The notes beneath the pieces were generated by a model that was not told where the DNA came from, ran no database searches, and saw nothing but the letters and a program-made list of their open reading frames with translations. A stretch of 64,000 nucleotides of DNA from Myxococcota bacterium (GTDB lineage: Bacteria; Myxococcota_A; UBA9160; UBA4427), in assembly GCA_965250285.1 (NCBI GenBank), contig OZ252299.1:2304001-2368000 (forward strand), given 5' to 3'. The position numbers and the translations under genes are program-made. Of this stretch, positions 41,468-53,787 are shown piece by piece; within the stretch, counting starts at the first letter, position 1, and every line of letters starts with the position of its first letter.

Positions 41468-42751
41468 CTACTCCGAAACGCGGCGGCCCCGTCGTCCATC
41501 CTCGCGCCGATTGCGTCGCGCGGCCGGACCGAGACGCATATCGGCGGTCGACGCACGCAGATACCGCAGCCCCTTGATCGGGCTGCGCAACAGGCCCCGG
41601 GCCACCTTGCGCAGCATCAACCTGCGCGAGTCCATGGTCGTCGGCATCGCACCCCGCATCTCGCCCGCGAGGCCATGACCCACGAATGGGGTGACGGGCA
41701 CGGTGAGCGAGAGCGTCTCTCGACGCGGGATGTGGCACGCTTGATCGTCACAGGCCTGATAGTCGACGTGCACGGCGATCGAGATCTCTTCGACCTCGAT
41801 GTCGTCCATCAACCCGGCGATGCGATCGTCGGCGACGACCGGGACCACGAAGTCGACGCGTCCATCCCACACGGCCAGCTCGAGACCGAGCGCCGGCAGC
41901 GTGAGGGGATGCGTCGGCGGCTTGCGCACCTCACCCACCTGAAGCCCTTCGGGCCCTGCGACCCGAATGCGCGTCGCCACCATGCCCTCGGGCACCGGCT
42001 CGTCGTAGATGTGCAGGCCCGCGGCGAGCTCGAAACGAACGACGATCTCACGGTGCACGGCGCCCTTCAGCGTGCCTCCGCCGCCGTGATACGTCGCCGA
42101 GACGCAAATCTGGTCGTCGCCCCCAGCGTCGGTGGGCTCGCCTTCGCCCAGCAGGATCTCGCCCAGCGCGCTGTCGATCATGCTCTCGGGCGATGATCGC
42201 TCGGCGAGGTTGCGATGGAAGAGCTTCTCGACGACTGCACCCGACTCGTCGAGCACGTAGGTGCCCGGGAACGGAATGCCGTGGAACGGAACCTGGTCGG
42301 GGGTGACGTTGTGGTTCAGCAGGCCGAGCTCACGGATCCACTTCGAGCCCTTGTCGCTCAAGAGCGGGTACGTGATGCCGTGGTGCCGCGCAAACTCGGC
42401 CAGCTCACCGGGACGGTCGTACGAGATCGCGTAGAGCTTGACTCCGGCGGCTTCGAATCTCGACTGCGCGTCTTGCAGCTCGACCAGCTGCGTCATGCAA
42501 GGCGGTCACCAGACCGCCGAGCGATAGAACACGACGGCCGCCCGGGCGTTGCCCCGGTCGGCGTGCAGGTCGAGCGGCACCCCCTGCGACGACTTCAGCA
42601 CGATGTCGGGAAAGCGCTCGCCGACGGCGGGTCTGGGGTCGAAGTCGTGCGACGGCGGGATGCGCTGACCGTCGGTCGCGCGCCGCGGGCCCACGAAACC
42701 GAACTCGTCTCGAAACTCGGGGTAGTCGTCGTAGCTGCGGCCGCTGCCCAT
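41468..42751 (-). CDS. Selenoprotein: peroxiredoxin-like UxxC domain fused to DsbD N-terminal-like domain
   Basis: ORFs 42506..42751 and 41468..42496 are in frame across TGA 42506-42508: VFYRSAVW-U-PPCMTQLVEL. C-terminal part has GLHIY and YQACDDQACHIP. Confidence 0.9.
42472..42505 (-). promoter_or_regulatory. Putative bacterial SECIS element
   Basis: After UGA: CCGCCUUGCAUGAC-GCAGCU-GGUCG-AGCUGC-AAG; 6-bp stem, GGU loop starting after 20 nt. Confidence 0.7.
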
Positions 42752-42879
42752 CGTGTCTGCCTCGCATGAACCCGCGTGATCGTAGGCGATCGAGCGTTCA
42801 CCGGGCGAGTCGTTTCGGCCGGCACGAATCGCCTCTACGCTTCGAAGACGCGCGCCATGCGCACTGGAGACGTCCCCTC

Positions 42880-44127
42880 GTGACTGCCGCAGCCCCCTCG
42901 CCTCTCGGCGCCGCCCTGATCGATCGCGCCGCCATCGATGCTCCGCATCCGTTGTTCAGCCGGCTGCGCGCGGTCGGCCCACTCGTTCGCGTGGGCGAGA
43001 CCGGGGTGCATGCCGTCACGACTTGGGCGGCGATCGAAGAAGCCCTGCATCGCGAAGACGACTTCTCGGCCAACCTGACCGGGGCGCTGATGCGCGGCCC
43101 CGACGGCGCGCCGACGGTGTTCGAGTTTCCCGAAGGCGCCGTGTCGGCCAACGTGATCGCGACGGCCGACGAGCCGGCCCACGGCGTACACCGAGGCCTC
43201 GTCCAGCCGCGGCTGTCGACGGGGCGCATCGCGGCCTTCGAGGCGCGGCTCCGTGCGTGGACACGGAGCGAGACGCTCGGCTGGCTCGACGCGGGCGACA
43301 GCGACTTCGTCCCCGTCGCCGAACGCGTCCCGGCCTTCGCGCTCGCCGAGATGCTGGGCCTGCCCGAGCAGGACATCGATGACTTTCGCAAATGGAGCAT
43401 GATCGGCGGCGACATCCTCGCCGGCGACCTGCAGATGCAGCGGCTGGTCGCCGTCGCCGAAGAAGCGTCGCGCATGGCCGACTATCTCGAGCATCACCTC
43501 GAGGTCGCCAAGCGCGCACCGATCGACGGCGCCGATGCGCCACTCTTGCACGCGCTCGCGCGCGGCGTCACGAGCGGCGCGATCGGGCAGGAGGAGGCGG
43601 TCGGCATCAGCGGCGTGCTCTTCGGCGCGGCCGGCGAATCGACCGCGGCGCTGATCGGTTCGACGGTCCGGATCCTCGCGGAGCGCCCCGACCTCGCCGA
43701 AGCGCTACGCGCCGACCCGGGCTTGATCTCGCGCTTCGTCGAAGAGGTGGTGCGCCTCGAGCCGCCATTCAAGTTTCACTACCGCGTCGTCCAGCGGGCG
43801 TGCGAGCTGGCGGGTACGAAGCTCGCCGCCGGTGACCGGCTGATGCTGATGTGGGCGTCGGCCAATCGCGACCCCGACGTCTTCGACGATCCCGATGCGC
43901 TGCGCCTCGACCGCCGACATCCGAAGGCGCACATGAGCTTCGGTCGCGGTCCGCACTTCTGCGTCGGCGCCACGCTCGCGCGACTCGAAGCCCGCGTCGT
44001 GATCGAGGAGCTCCTCGCAGCCACCCGATCGGTCACGCTCGATGGCGCCGATGCGCCCGTCTACGCCGGGAGCATCTTCGTGCGACGCCTCGAACGCCTG
44101 CCGCTGCGGACCGAACGCGCGACCTGA
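42880..44127 (+). CDS. Cytochrome P450, CYP144-like
   Basis: FSANLT, ATADEPAH, AAGESTAAL, EVVRLEPPF, FGRGPHFCVG; subfamily from recalled similarity. Confidence 0.93.
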   Translation: MTAAAPSPLGAALIDRAAIDAPHPLFSRLRAVGPLVRVGETGVHAVTTWAAIEEALHREDDFSANLTGALMRGPDGAPTVFEFPEGAVSANVIATADEPAHGVHRGLVQPRLSTGRIAAFEARLRAWTRSETLGWLDAGDSDFVPVAERVPAFALAEMLGLPEQDIDDFRKWSMIGGDILAGDLQMQRLVAVAEEASRMADYLEHHLEVAKRAPIDGADAPLLHALARGVTSGAIGQEEAVGISGVLFGAAGESTAALIGSTVRILAERPDLAEALRADPGLISRFVEEVVRLEPPFKFHYRVVQRACELAGTKLAAGDRLMLMWASANRDPDVFDDPDALRLDRRHPKAHMSFGRGPHFCVGATLARLEARVVIEELLAATRSVTLDGADAPVYAGSIFVRRLERLPLRTERAT

Positions 44128-44133
44128 GGCGCC

Positions 44134-44574
44134 CTATTCGGGGCGGGGCTCGGGCCCGAGCAGCGACGGATCGCCGTGCTGCATCTGCACGCGCGACACG
44201 CGCTGGACGCTGCGCCAACCGGCATCGGTCCGCCGCCACGCGTCTGCGTACTCGATGTAGACCTCGTACTGTTTGCCTTCATGCGCGCCGCGACCGTGGT
44301 GCATGACGCGGCAATAGCAGCGCGACGTCGCGCGGTCGCCGTCGAGCTCGATGCGGTAGTTGCCGAGCAGGTGCTGGCTCGGACCGCAGCCGCCGAGAAA
44401 CGACCGCACGTGCTCGCGGACGGCGTCGAGCGAAGTCGCCTGCCAGATCTCGAAGTCCATCTCGACGTCCTCCGTGAAGACGTCCGCGAGCCCCGGCCAG
44501 TCACGCGTGTCCAGGCACTCGGCGTAGCGATCGAGGGCGGCGATGATCTCGAATCGATCGTCTGCGGCGGTCAT
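44134..44574 (-). CDS. SnoaL/NTF2-family dehydratase-like protein
   Basis: DRFEI..LDRYAECLDTRDW, SQHLLGN, YADAWRRTDAGWR. Confidence 0.88.
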   Translation of the reverse strand: MTAADDRFEIIAALDRYAECLDTRDWPGLADVFTEDVEMDFEIWQATSLDAVREHVRSFLGGCGPSQHLLGNYRIELDGDRATSRCYCRVMHHGRGAHEGKQYEVYIEYADAWRRTDAGWRSVQRVSRVQMQHGDPSLLGPEPRPE

Positions 44575-44675
44575 CAGGCGGACCTCCCCGGGCGAAAAGG
44601 CCCGTTCGGTCGACTCTAGCGGCCCTGAGCGCTGTTTCGCGCGATCGCCTCCGATCGGATTGTGTCCGCGGTCAG

Positions 44676-44718
44676 TGAGTCCTATGTTCGAACTCAGTGG
44701 GTTCGTCTTTCGAACCCC
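44676..44718. promoter_or_regulatory. Two tandem 21-bp palindromic boxes, probable operators of the HxlR regulator
   Basis: TGAGTCCTATGTTCGAACTCA and TGGGTTCGTCTTTCGAACCCC at 22-bp period, upstream of the oxidoreductase-hxlR unit. Confidence 0.6.
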
Positions 44719-44795
44719 ACTCGGGCGCCGAGGCCCGGGTCGAGCGCGCCCTCTCCGGGCTCTCCCGCGAGCCCAGCGAACACGAAGGAGCCGTC

Positions 44796-47057
<2,262 letters not shown>

Positions 47058-47174
47058 GGACGCGGCGCGCTGCGTCGTCGGAAGACCCCGGCGACGTGTG
47101 TGTGCCGCGGGCGAGAGGCGACCGGCCGGCGACCCGACGGGGCGCAGGCCGGCAGGAGAAGGTGGCGAGCCCCG

Positions 47175-47627
47175 ATGAGACGCACGCGCTTCGACGACGC
47201 GATCTGTCCGATCGCCCGCACCACCGACCTGCTCGGTGACTGGTGGACGCCGCTCGTGATGCGCGAGGCCTTCATCGGCCGGCGTCGCTTCGACGAGTTT
47301 CAGCAGGCTCTGCAGCTGAGCCGGGGCGTGCTGGCGCAGCGCCTCGGCCGACTCGTCGACGAGGGACTGCTCGAGAAACGGCTCTACGAGGAGCGGCCTC
47401 CCCGCCACGAGTACGTACTGACCGAGAAGGGGCGCGCGTTCTACCCGGTGCTGGCCGCGATGTGGCGATTCGGCGACGACTGGCTGTGGGCCGACGGCGA
47501 CGAGACGCCCCTCGAGCTGCGCGATCGCGAAACCGGCGAAGTGATTCGGCCCCTCGTGATCGACGAGCACTCGGGTCGACCGATCGACGTGCGGCGCATC
47601 CGGCTCGGCAAACGTTCGAGCGAATAG
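47175..47627 (+). CDS. HxlR family transcriptional regulator
   Basis: CPIARTTDLLGDWWTPLVMRE, RRFDEF, EYVLTEKG. Confidence 0.93.
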   Translation: MRRTRFDDAICPIARTTDLLGDWWTPLVMREAFIGRRRFDEFQQALQLSRGVLAQRLGRLVDEGLLEKRLYEERPPRHEYVLTEKGRAFYPVLAAMWRFGDDWLWADGDETPLELRDRETGEVIRPLVIDEHSGRPIDVRRIRLGKRSSE

Positions 47628-47681
47628 GCCGACCCCGCGACGCGCGCGGCGCCGCGCACGCTCCCGACTCGCGCCCGCGGC

Positions 47682-47868
47682 CGCACGTCAGTCGCGGGTG
47701 CGGTCGGCCATCGGTGTCGCGCGTCAGTCGCGGGTGCGGTCGGCCATCGGTGTCGCGCGTCAGTCGCGGGTGCGGTCGGCCATCGGTGTCGCACGTCAGT
47801 CGCGGGTGCGGTCGGCCATCGGTGTCGCGCGTCAGTCGCGGGTGCGGTCGGCCATCGGTGTCGCGCGT
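47682..47868 (-). repeat. 5 x 36-bp tandem repeat of the sulfatase 3' end
   Basis: Unit GTCAGTCGCGGGTGCGGTCGGCCATCGGTGTCGC(G/A)C; TCA at 47688, 47724, 47760, 47796, 47832. Confidence 0.95.
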
Positions 47869-49334
47869 TCCTCGCCGCCGAACTCGTCGGGGTCGAAGAC
47901 GATGCGCCAGATCGGCAGGCTCACGTCTTCGCCCCGCGGCACGTCCGCGAGCGCGGTGCCGAGCGCATCGACGATCTCGGCGTGGCTCGCCGCCACGTCG
48001 CGTGTCTCCGTCGGATCCTTCACGACGTCGTACAGCTCGGTCTCACCCGACGTGCGCTGGACGAGCTTCCAGTCGCCCCGATAGAACGCCTCGCCGTCCT
48101 GTGAAATGGTCGCGTAGTCGGGCGCCGGCGCCGGCGACTCTCGCCCAGACAGCACATCGAGCCGGGCCTGCCCGTCGACGGCCTGGCCCTCGGGCAGGGG
48201 CACACCCGCGGCCTCGAGCACCGTGGGCATCACGTCGGTGATCGTGACCCGGGCGTCGACGCGACCGGCCGGAATGTGCCCGGGCCAGGCCACGACGGCG
48301 GGGACGCGGACACCGCCCTCGTAGACCGACTGCTTGCCGGCCCGAAACGGGCGGTTGTCGGCGGCGCCCTCTTCGATGTTCATCTTGAGAAAGCGCAGGA
48401 TCCGGGTGGGCGGTGGATCGCCGAGCCAGCGCTGGGCAAGTGACAGGATGTCCTTGTAGGGCTCGGGCGCGACGTCGGGGTTCAACCCACCGTTGTCGCT
48501 CGTGAACCAGACGAGGGTGTCATCGGTCATGCCAGCGGCCTCGAGGGCCGCGACGACGCGCGCAATGCCCGCATCCATCTCGCTCACCATCGCGGCGTGC
48601 GCGCGCCGATGGGGATTCTCGATGTGGGCGTAGCGGTCGAGCGCCTCGCTCGGGGCCTCGTTCGGCAGATGGGGCGCGTTGAAGGCGACATACAGGAAGA
48701 GCGGTCGCGTCGGGTCACGCTCGGCGATCACGCGCTCGGCTTCAGCGGCGATCAGGTGTGTCGTGTAACCGTCTTCTCTCACCGTGACGCCGTCACGCTG
48801 CCAGTCGTAGCCGCCGCCGTGCACGTGATCCCAATACCCGACGCCGCCGCTGACGTGTCCGTAGAAGCTGTCGAAGCCGCGTGCGTTCGGGTGATGCGGG
48901 CGCTTCAGGTAGCCGAGGTGCCACTTGCCAGCGAGCGCCGTCTGGTAGCCGGCATCGCGCAGCAGCTCGGGCAGCAGTCGGCGATCGAGTGGCAGGCCCG
49001 TCGGATTGTTCTTCGACAGCGGACGCAGCACCCCGAGCCGCATGGCGAACTGCCCTGTCAACAGAGAAGCGCGGGTCGGGCTGCAGCTGGGGTTCACATA
49101 GAAGCGGTCGAGCTCGGCCCCGCGAGCGACGAGCGCATCGAGCGCGGGCGTCTCGATCTCGCTGCCGTGGTGCGCGACGTCGTTCCAGCCGAGATCGTCG
49201 GCAACGATCACGACGACATGGGGCGGTCGACCGACTGCCTCGTCACCGAAGGCGGGCGAGGCCAGGATCGATGCCGTGAGGATCGCGTGCGAGACGAGGA
49301 TCAACGCCGAAGGGAACGCGAGTCGCAGGAGCAT
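47832..49334 (-). CDS. Arylsulfatase (formylglycine-dependent)
   Basis: ADDLG, CSPTRASLLTG, GKWHLG, SDNG, YEGGVRVP; signal peptide. Confidence 0.95.
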   Translation of the reverse strand: MLLRLAFPSALILVSHAILTASILASPAFGDEAVGRPPHVVVIVADDLGWNDVAHHGSEIETPALDALVARGAELDRFYVNPSCSPTRASLLTGQFAMRLGVLRPLSKNNPTGLPLDRRLLPELLRDAGYQTALAGKWHLGYLKRPHHPNARGFDSFYGHVSGGVGYWDHVHGGGYDWQRDGVTVREDGYTTHLIAAEAERVIAERDPTRPLFLYVAFNAPHLPNEAPSEALDRYAHIENPHRRAHAAMVSEMDAGIARVVAALEAAGMTDDTLVWFTSDNGGLNPDVAPEPYKDILSLAQRWLGDPPPTRILRFLKMNIEEGAADNRPFRAGKQSVYEGGVRVPAVVAWPGHIPAGRVDARVTITDVMPTVLEAAGVPLPEGQAVDGQARLDVLSGRESPAPAPDYATISQDGEAFYRGDWKLVQRTSGETELYDVVKDPTETRDVAASHAEIVDALGTALADVPRGEDVSLPIWRIVFDPDEFGGEERATPMADRTRD

Positions 49335-49501
49335 GTTCGAGCGGGCCGCCGAGGATCCGAGCCGCGCGCAGGAGGCGAGCGGCCACGGGCACCGTAGCCC
49401 ACGCCGGAGCGCGATGGGCGCCGGCGGCGCGACACCGGGCGCTGCCCCAGGCGAGACCGACTATGCTCCCGCCGTCGTCTCATCCACCGGAGGAACACCG
49501 C

Positions 49502-49924
49502 TTGTCCACGACGCCCGAAGCCGCGATCCGCTCGATCATCTCGACCTATGCCCAGGCTGTGACCGCCCGAGACGACACGATGTGGGCTTCGACCTGGTCC
49601 GAGAGCGGGGTGTGGGAGCTGATGGGGACCGTTTCGGAGGGCCGCGATGCGGCCGTCGCGTTCTTGAATGGCGTGATGGGTGGGATCGCCTTCGTCTACC
49701 AGCTGCCGGGTGAAGCTTCGATCGAGGTCGATGCATCGGGCGAGCGCGCCACCGGCCGCGTCCCGACCGTCGAGTTCGCCAAGTTTCCCGACGGATCGGG
49801 CACGCTCCTGCTCGGCACCTATCACGACGTCTACGTGCACGAGAACGGTCACTGGCTCTTCGGTGAGCGCCGCATGAAGATCCAGTACATGGGCCCGCCC
49901 GACCTGAGCGGAACACCGAGCTGA
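49502..49924 (+). CDS. SnoaL/NTF2-family protein
   Basis: YAQAV..RD..WASTW, GTYHDVY..NGHWLF.ER; RBS GGAGG before TTG. Confidence 0.85.
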   Translation: MSTTPEAAIRSIISTYAQAVTARDDTMWASTWSESGVWELMGTVSEGRDAAVAFLNGVMGGIAFVYQLPGEASIEVDASGERATGRVPTVEFAKFPDGSGTLLLGTYHDVYVHENGHWLFGERRMKIQYMGPPDLSGTPS

Positions 49925-50094
49925 GCACAGCGCCATCGGACGAAGTGGCCGTGCGCGTCTGATTCGGGTCGCGACACGGCCCTGCGGCGCTCTGGGCGGG
50001 CCGCGCGCAGCGCGAGGGCGCGCGTGCTACACCCCTTGGACTCGATCCGACCCCATCGCGGCCCCGCGCCCGCCGCCTGGATACGGGAGCCTCC

Positions 50095-51555
50095 ATGCAG
50101 CACTTCGACGTCATCATCGTGGGCGCCGGCCTGTCGGGCATCGGCGCAGCGGTTCACCTGCAGCAGCTCTGCCCCGGCAAGACCTTCGCGCTCATCGAGA
50201 GCCGATCGTCGGTGGGCGGAACGTGGGATCTCTACCGCTACCCGGGCATTCGATCCGACAGCGACATGCACACGCTCGGCTACGACTTCAAGCCGTGGGT
50301 GGCCGAGAAGTCGATCGCGGACGGGCCCTCGATCCTCGACTACGTGAACGAGACGGCCGACGAGTACGACGTCCGCGACCACATCCTCTTCAATCGCAAG
50401 CTTGCGCACGCCGCCTGGTCGAGCGAAGACGACCGCTGGACGCTCGAGCTCGACCGCACCGATGATGAAGGCGGCTCCGAACGGGTGAGCGCGAACTTCC
50501 TGCTCATGTGCAGCGGCTACTACAGCTACGACGAGCCGTACCGACCCACCTTCGAAGGCGAAGAAGACTTCGAGGGCCCGATGTTCCACCCCCAGAGCTG
50601 GCCGCAGGATCTCGACTACGCGGGCAAGCGGGTCGTGGTGATCGGCAGTGGAGCAACCGCGGTCACCGTCGTGCCCGCCATGGCGAAGACAGCCGAGCAC
50701 GTCACGATGCTCCAGCGCTCACCGACCTATGTCGCCTCGGGCCCGGACGTCGACGTCATCGCGAACTTCTTGCGAAAGATCCTGCCCGACAAGGTCGCCT
50801 ACGCGATCACGCGCTGGAAGAACGTGCAGTTCCAGAAGCGCATCTACGAGCGAACGCGCACCCAGCCCGAGAAGGTGCGCGAGTTCCTCCTCAAGCGTGT
50901 ACGCAAGGCGGTCGGTGAGGACGTCACCCGCGATCACTTCACGCCCCGCTACGACCCCTGGGATCAGCGCCTCTGCCTGATCCCGAACGGCGACCTCTTC
51001 GACTCGATCAATGCCGGCGAGGCGTCGGTCGTGACCGATCAGATCGACCGCATCACGAAGCGCGGGATCCGGCTCCAGTCGGGTCAGGAGCTCGATGCCG
51101 ACGTGATCGTCGTCGCCACCGGACTGAACCTCGAGCTGCTCGGCGGCGCGACGTTCGAGGTCGATGGCAAGGCGATCGACTTCCCAGAGACCTGGTCCTA
51201 CAAGGGGATGATGTACTCCGACATCCCGAACCTGGTTCAGACCTTCGGGTACATCAACGCGTCGTGGACTCTGCGCGCCGATCTCACCGCCGAGTACACC
51301 TGCCGAGTGCTCAACCGCATGGACGAGCTCGGCGTGCATCGCGTGGCGCCTCGACTTCGGCCCGAAGACCAGAACATGACCGCGCGGCCCTGGATCGACG
51401 ACTTCACGGCCGGCTACATGCAGCGCAAGATGCACCTGTTCCCGAAGCAGGGGGATCACGAGCCCTGGCTCAACACCCAGAGCTATGCGGCGGACAAGAA
51501 GATGGTGCGTGAGGCTCCGATCGAAGACGGCGTGCTCCAGTTCGAGCGCGCCTAG
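50095..51555 (+). CDS. Flavin-containing monooxygenase (EthA/AlmA-like BVMO)
   Basis: GAGLSG, GGTWDLYRYPGIRSDSD, FHPQSWP, IGSGATA, LQRSPTY, GYINASWTL. Confidence 0.93.
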   Translation: MQHFDVIIVGAGLSGIGAAVHLQQLCPGKTFALIESRSSVGGTWDLYRYPGIRSDSDMHTLGYDFKPWVAEKSIADGPSILDYVNETADEYDVRDHILFNRKLAHAAWSSEDDRWTLELDRTDDEGGSERVSANFLLMCSGYYSYDEPYRPTFEGEEDFEGPMFHPQSWPQDLDYAGKRVVVIGSGATAVTVVPAMAKTAEHVTMLQRSPTYVASGPDVDVIANFLRKILPDKVAYAITRWKNVQFQKRIYERTRTQPEKVREFLLKRVRKAVGEDVTRDHFTPRYDPWDQRLCLIPNGDLFDSINAGEASVVTDQIDRITKRGIRLQSGQELDADVIVVATGLNLELLGGATFEVDGKAIDFPETWSYKGMMYSDIPNLVQTFGYINASWTLRADLTAEYTCRVLNRMDELGVHRVAPRLRPEDQNMTARPWIDDFTAGYMQRKMHLFPKQGDHEPWLNTQSYAADKKMVREAPIEDGVLQFERA

Positions 51556-51868
51556 GGAACCTCTGCCCAGTCCGCCGTGCCAGGGACGGGGCAGGCCGGG
51601 GCACCGTGCTCAGACATTCTCGGCGCGACCCGCCTGTAGAGCTCGGATGTTGCGCACGTCGCGCCTGCGAACTGCGCGCGGTACCCCCGCCTGCCGCGAC
51701 CTCGGGACGCTTCCGTCACAGCGCAGGACGCGCTGCCAGGAAGCGCTCACGACGCGTCGCCTTGCCCTTCAGCTTCCAAGCCGCGCCTGCGAACGTCTGC
51801 TGATCAGCCATCGAGTTCACCCCCCAGAGCTGCTCTGACAAGCGTGGGGCGAGTTCTGCGGGGCATCC
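51556..51868 (-). mobile_element. IS5-derived MITE, copy 2
   Basis: Colinear with 3064-3377; ends GGAACCTCTGCC / TGCGGGGCATCC; flanks CTAG / CCAA; mini-ORF 51716-51811. Confidence 0.8.
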
Positions 51869-52104
51869 CCAACCCCGGCATCGATCGATCGCAGCGCCTC
51901 GGCCGGCGCCGTGGCGCTCGCCCCGCACGCGCATCCCATGCGCAGCGGCGGTGCAAGCCATGCGCATGCCCACCCCATCGCGTTCAAGTTGCGGCGCCGG
52001 TCGTTCGTTCATGAAGGACCGGCGCCAGAGCCCCTCCCCTCGGTGTGCCCCGATTGGGTCGCCGAGCGTCGAGGAGGGGCGCGGCGCCCGATCGGGAGCT
52101 CCGC

Positions 52105-53757
52105 ATGGGCAACGCCGCCCTCGAAGAACGCCTTCGCCGGTTCACCGGCCTGACCGCCGCGCAGCGCGCCCTGTCGCGCTCGATCCACCCCGCTGAGCTC
52201 GCGCCGCTCCACGAGCAGAGCCGCGCTCTGCTGATCGAGCTGCGCGACCTCGCGGGCCGTTCGCAGAGCGGAGCCGCGCCGGCCAGCGTCGTCGAGCACA
52301 TCGATCAGGCACTGGTCGAACAGAGTGAGCGCACGCGGGCCTTCGTCGATCAGATCGACATGCGTCAGCTCCGAGCAACGATTCCGATGATCGCGCACCA
52401 GCATCCCGACGAGGTCGGCGGCCTCGTCGATCTGCTGCTCGGCGGTGACCTCGAATCGGACAAGAACCTCCGCATGCTCGAGTACCTGATCACGTTGCTG
52501 TGCGCCGAAGAGGTGTCCGGGCGGCGGCACGTTCGCCAGAATCCCGCCGAGGTCACCGCTCAGCTGAAGACGGTCTGTGACGCGCAGCGCAGCGCTGCCG
52601 GCTCCGATTGGATCCTGGCCGAGCGCATGCTCGAGCAGTCCACGGCCAAGGTGATGCAGGGCGCCGACGTGGGCCAGATCCGCGACCGGGCTCGGCAGTG
52701 CAAGGAGGAGTTCGGCGGGCAGCTTCTCCACCCGAGCGTGCTGATGGCGTCGGTCAAGTACAACGTCGCGATGTGGAACCAGCTCGCGGCCGAGATCGAC
52801 AGCAGCCGCTCGATCGAAGAGCTCGCGTCGGACCTGCTCTTGAACGACGTCGGCGAGATGCCGGTGCCGCTCCCGGGCAGCACGGGCGCGTCGCTCCTCG
52901 ACTCGCGGGATTTCGGCCAGCTGCTGGAGACGTTCAGCGCACGCATGCGCGGCGAGCCGGCGGGCACGGGTCGGTTCGACCGCCTCGTCGATCGACTCGC
53001 CCTCGACCGGATCCCGCCGCGCTACGCCGAAGACTTCGCCGAGACCGAGCCCGACACCGTGACACTCCACGTGCGGGCCGCGATCCTGATGGGCCGCGTC
53101 CTCGATGGGTTGCCTTCGACGAGCGACGCGTTGACCGTCGCCGGCTTCGATGCCGAAGAGTTCACGACCACGACCTATGACGAGCTGGTCGCGCGAATGA
53201 CCGAGCTCGGTCGCAAGCTCTTCGCGTCGAGTGACGATGCGCAGGCATTCCGTCTGTCGGACGTCAAGACCCATCACCTGACCCAGCATCGAGCCGCGCG
53301 CGACGAGGCCGCGGGCCAGACCGATGAACGGGCACACAGACGACGTCGAACCGACGAATCATCGACCGGCCTCGCTGGCTGGTTCGCTCCACTCACTCAA
53401 CTGATGCCGAGCGGTTCGGGCTGGGTCGCCCTGCTCGCCCTCGTCCCGCTGTCGCTGTTGATCTTCTCGCCCGGCCTCATCGATCACGGCAAGATCGAGA
53501 CGGCCTCGCTCCAACGCATCTCACCCTTCCTGACGTCGGTGCACGTACAGGGCGACGACCAGCGTCCACACTTCGTGGCCCGGGTGGCCGAGACCTGGGC
53601 TTACCTCGGCGACGAAGCACGCAGCTCGGCTTCGACCGAGATCGCGACCGGGCTCGAAGGCCTCGGCGCCGTGCAGGTCACGCTGGTCGACCCGCGCGGC
53701 GTGATCGTCATGCGCTGGGACGACGGGACGATCCAGATGCTGGCGCCGCGCATCTAG
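52105..53757 (+). CDS. Hypothetical helical protein with one TM segment near the C-terminus
   Basis: 550 aa, RBS GGGAG, plausible codon usage; no motif recognised. Confidence 0.7.
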   Translation: MGNAALEERLRRFTGLTAAQRALSRSIHPAELAPLHEQSRALLIELRDLAGRSQSGAAPASVVEHIDQALVEQSERTRAFVDQIDMRQLRATIPMIAHQHPDEVGGLVDLLLGGDLESDKNLRMLEYLITLLCAEEVSGRRHVRQNPAEVTAQLKTVCDAQRSAAGSDWILAERMLEQSTAKVMQGADVGQIRDRARQCKEEFGGQLLHPSVLMASVKYNVAMWNQLAAEIDSSRSIEELASDLLLNDVGEMPVPLPGSTGASLLDSRDFGQLLETFSARMRGEPAGTGRFDRLVDRLALDRIPPRYAEDFAETEPDTVTLHVRAAILMGRVLDGLPSTSDALTVAGFDAEEFTTTTYDELVARMTELGRKLFASSDDAQAFRLSDVKTHHLTQHRAARDEAAGQTDERAHRRRRTDESSTGLAGWFAPLTQLMPSGSGWVALLALVPLSLLIFSPGLIDHGKIETASLQRISPFLTSVHVQGDDQRPHFVARVAETWAYLGDEARSSASTEIATGLEGLGAVQVTLVDPRGVIVMRWDDGTIQMLAPRI

Positions 53758-53787
53758 GCCCTCGGCGACGCGCGCCGCGCGGCCTCA

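Noticed and set aside
47682..47868. 36-bp repeats as a CRISPR array
   Set aside because: Units are contiguous with no spacers, copy the sulfatase coding end, and no cas genes are present.
51952..51975. sigma54 promoter
   Set aside because: GG-to-GC spacing does not fit the -24/-12 rule.
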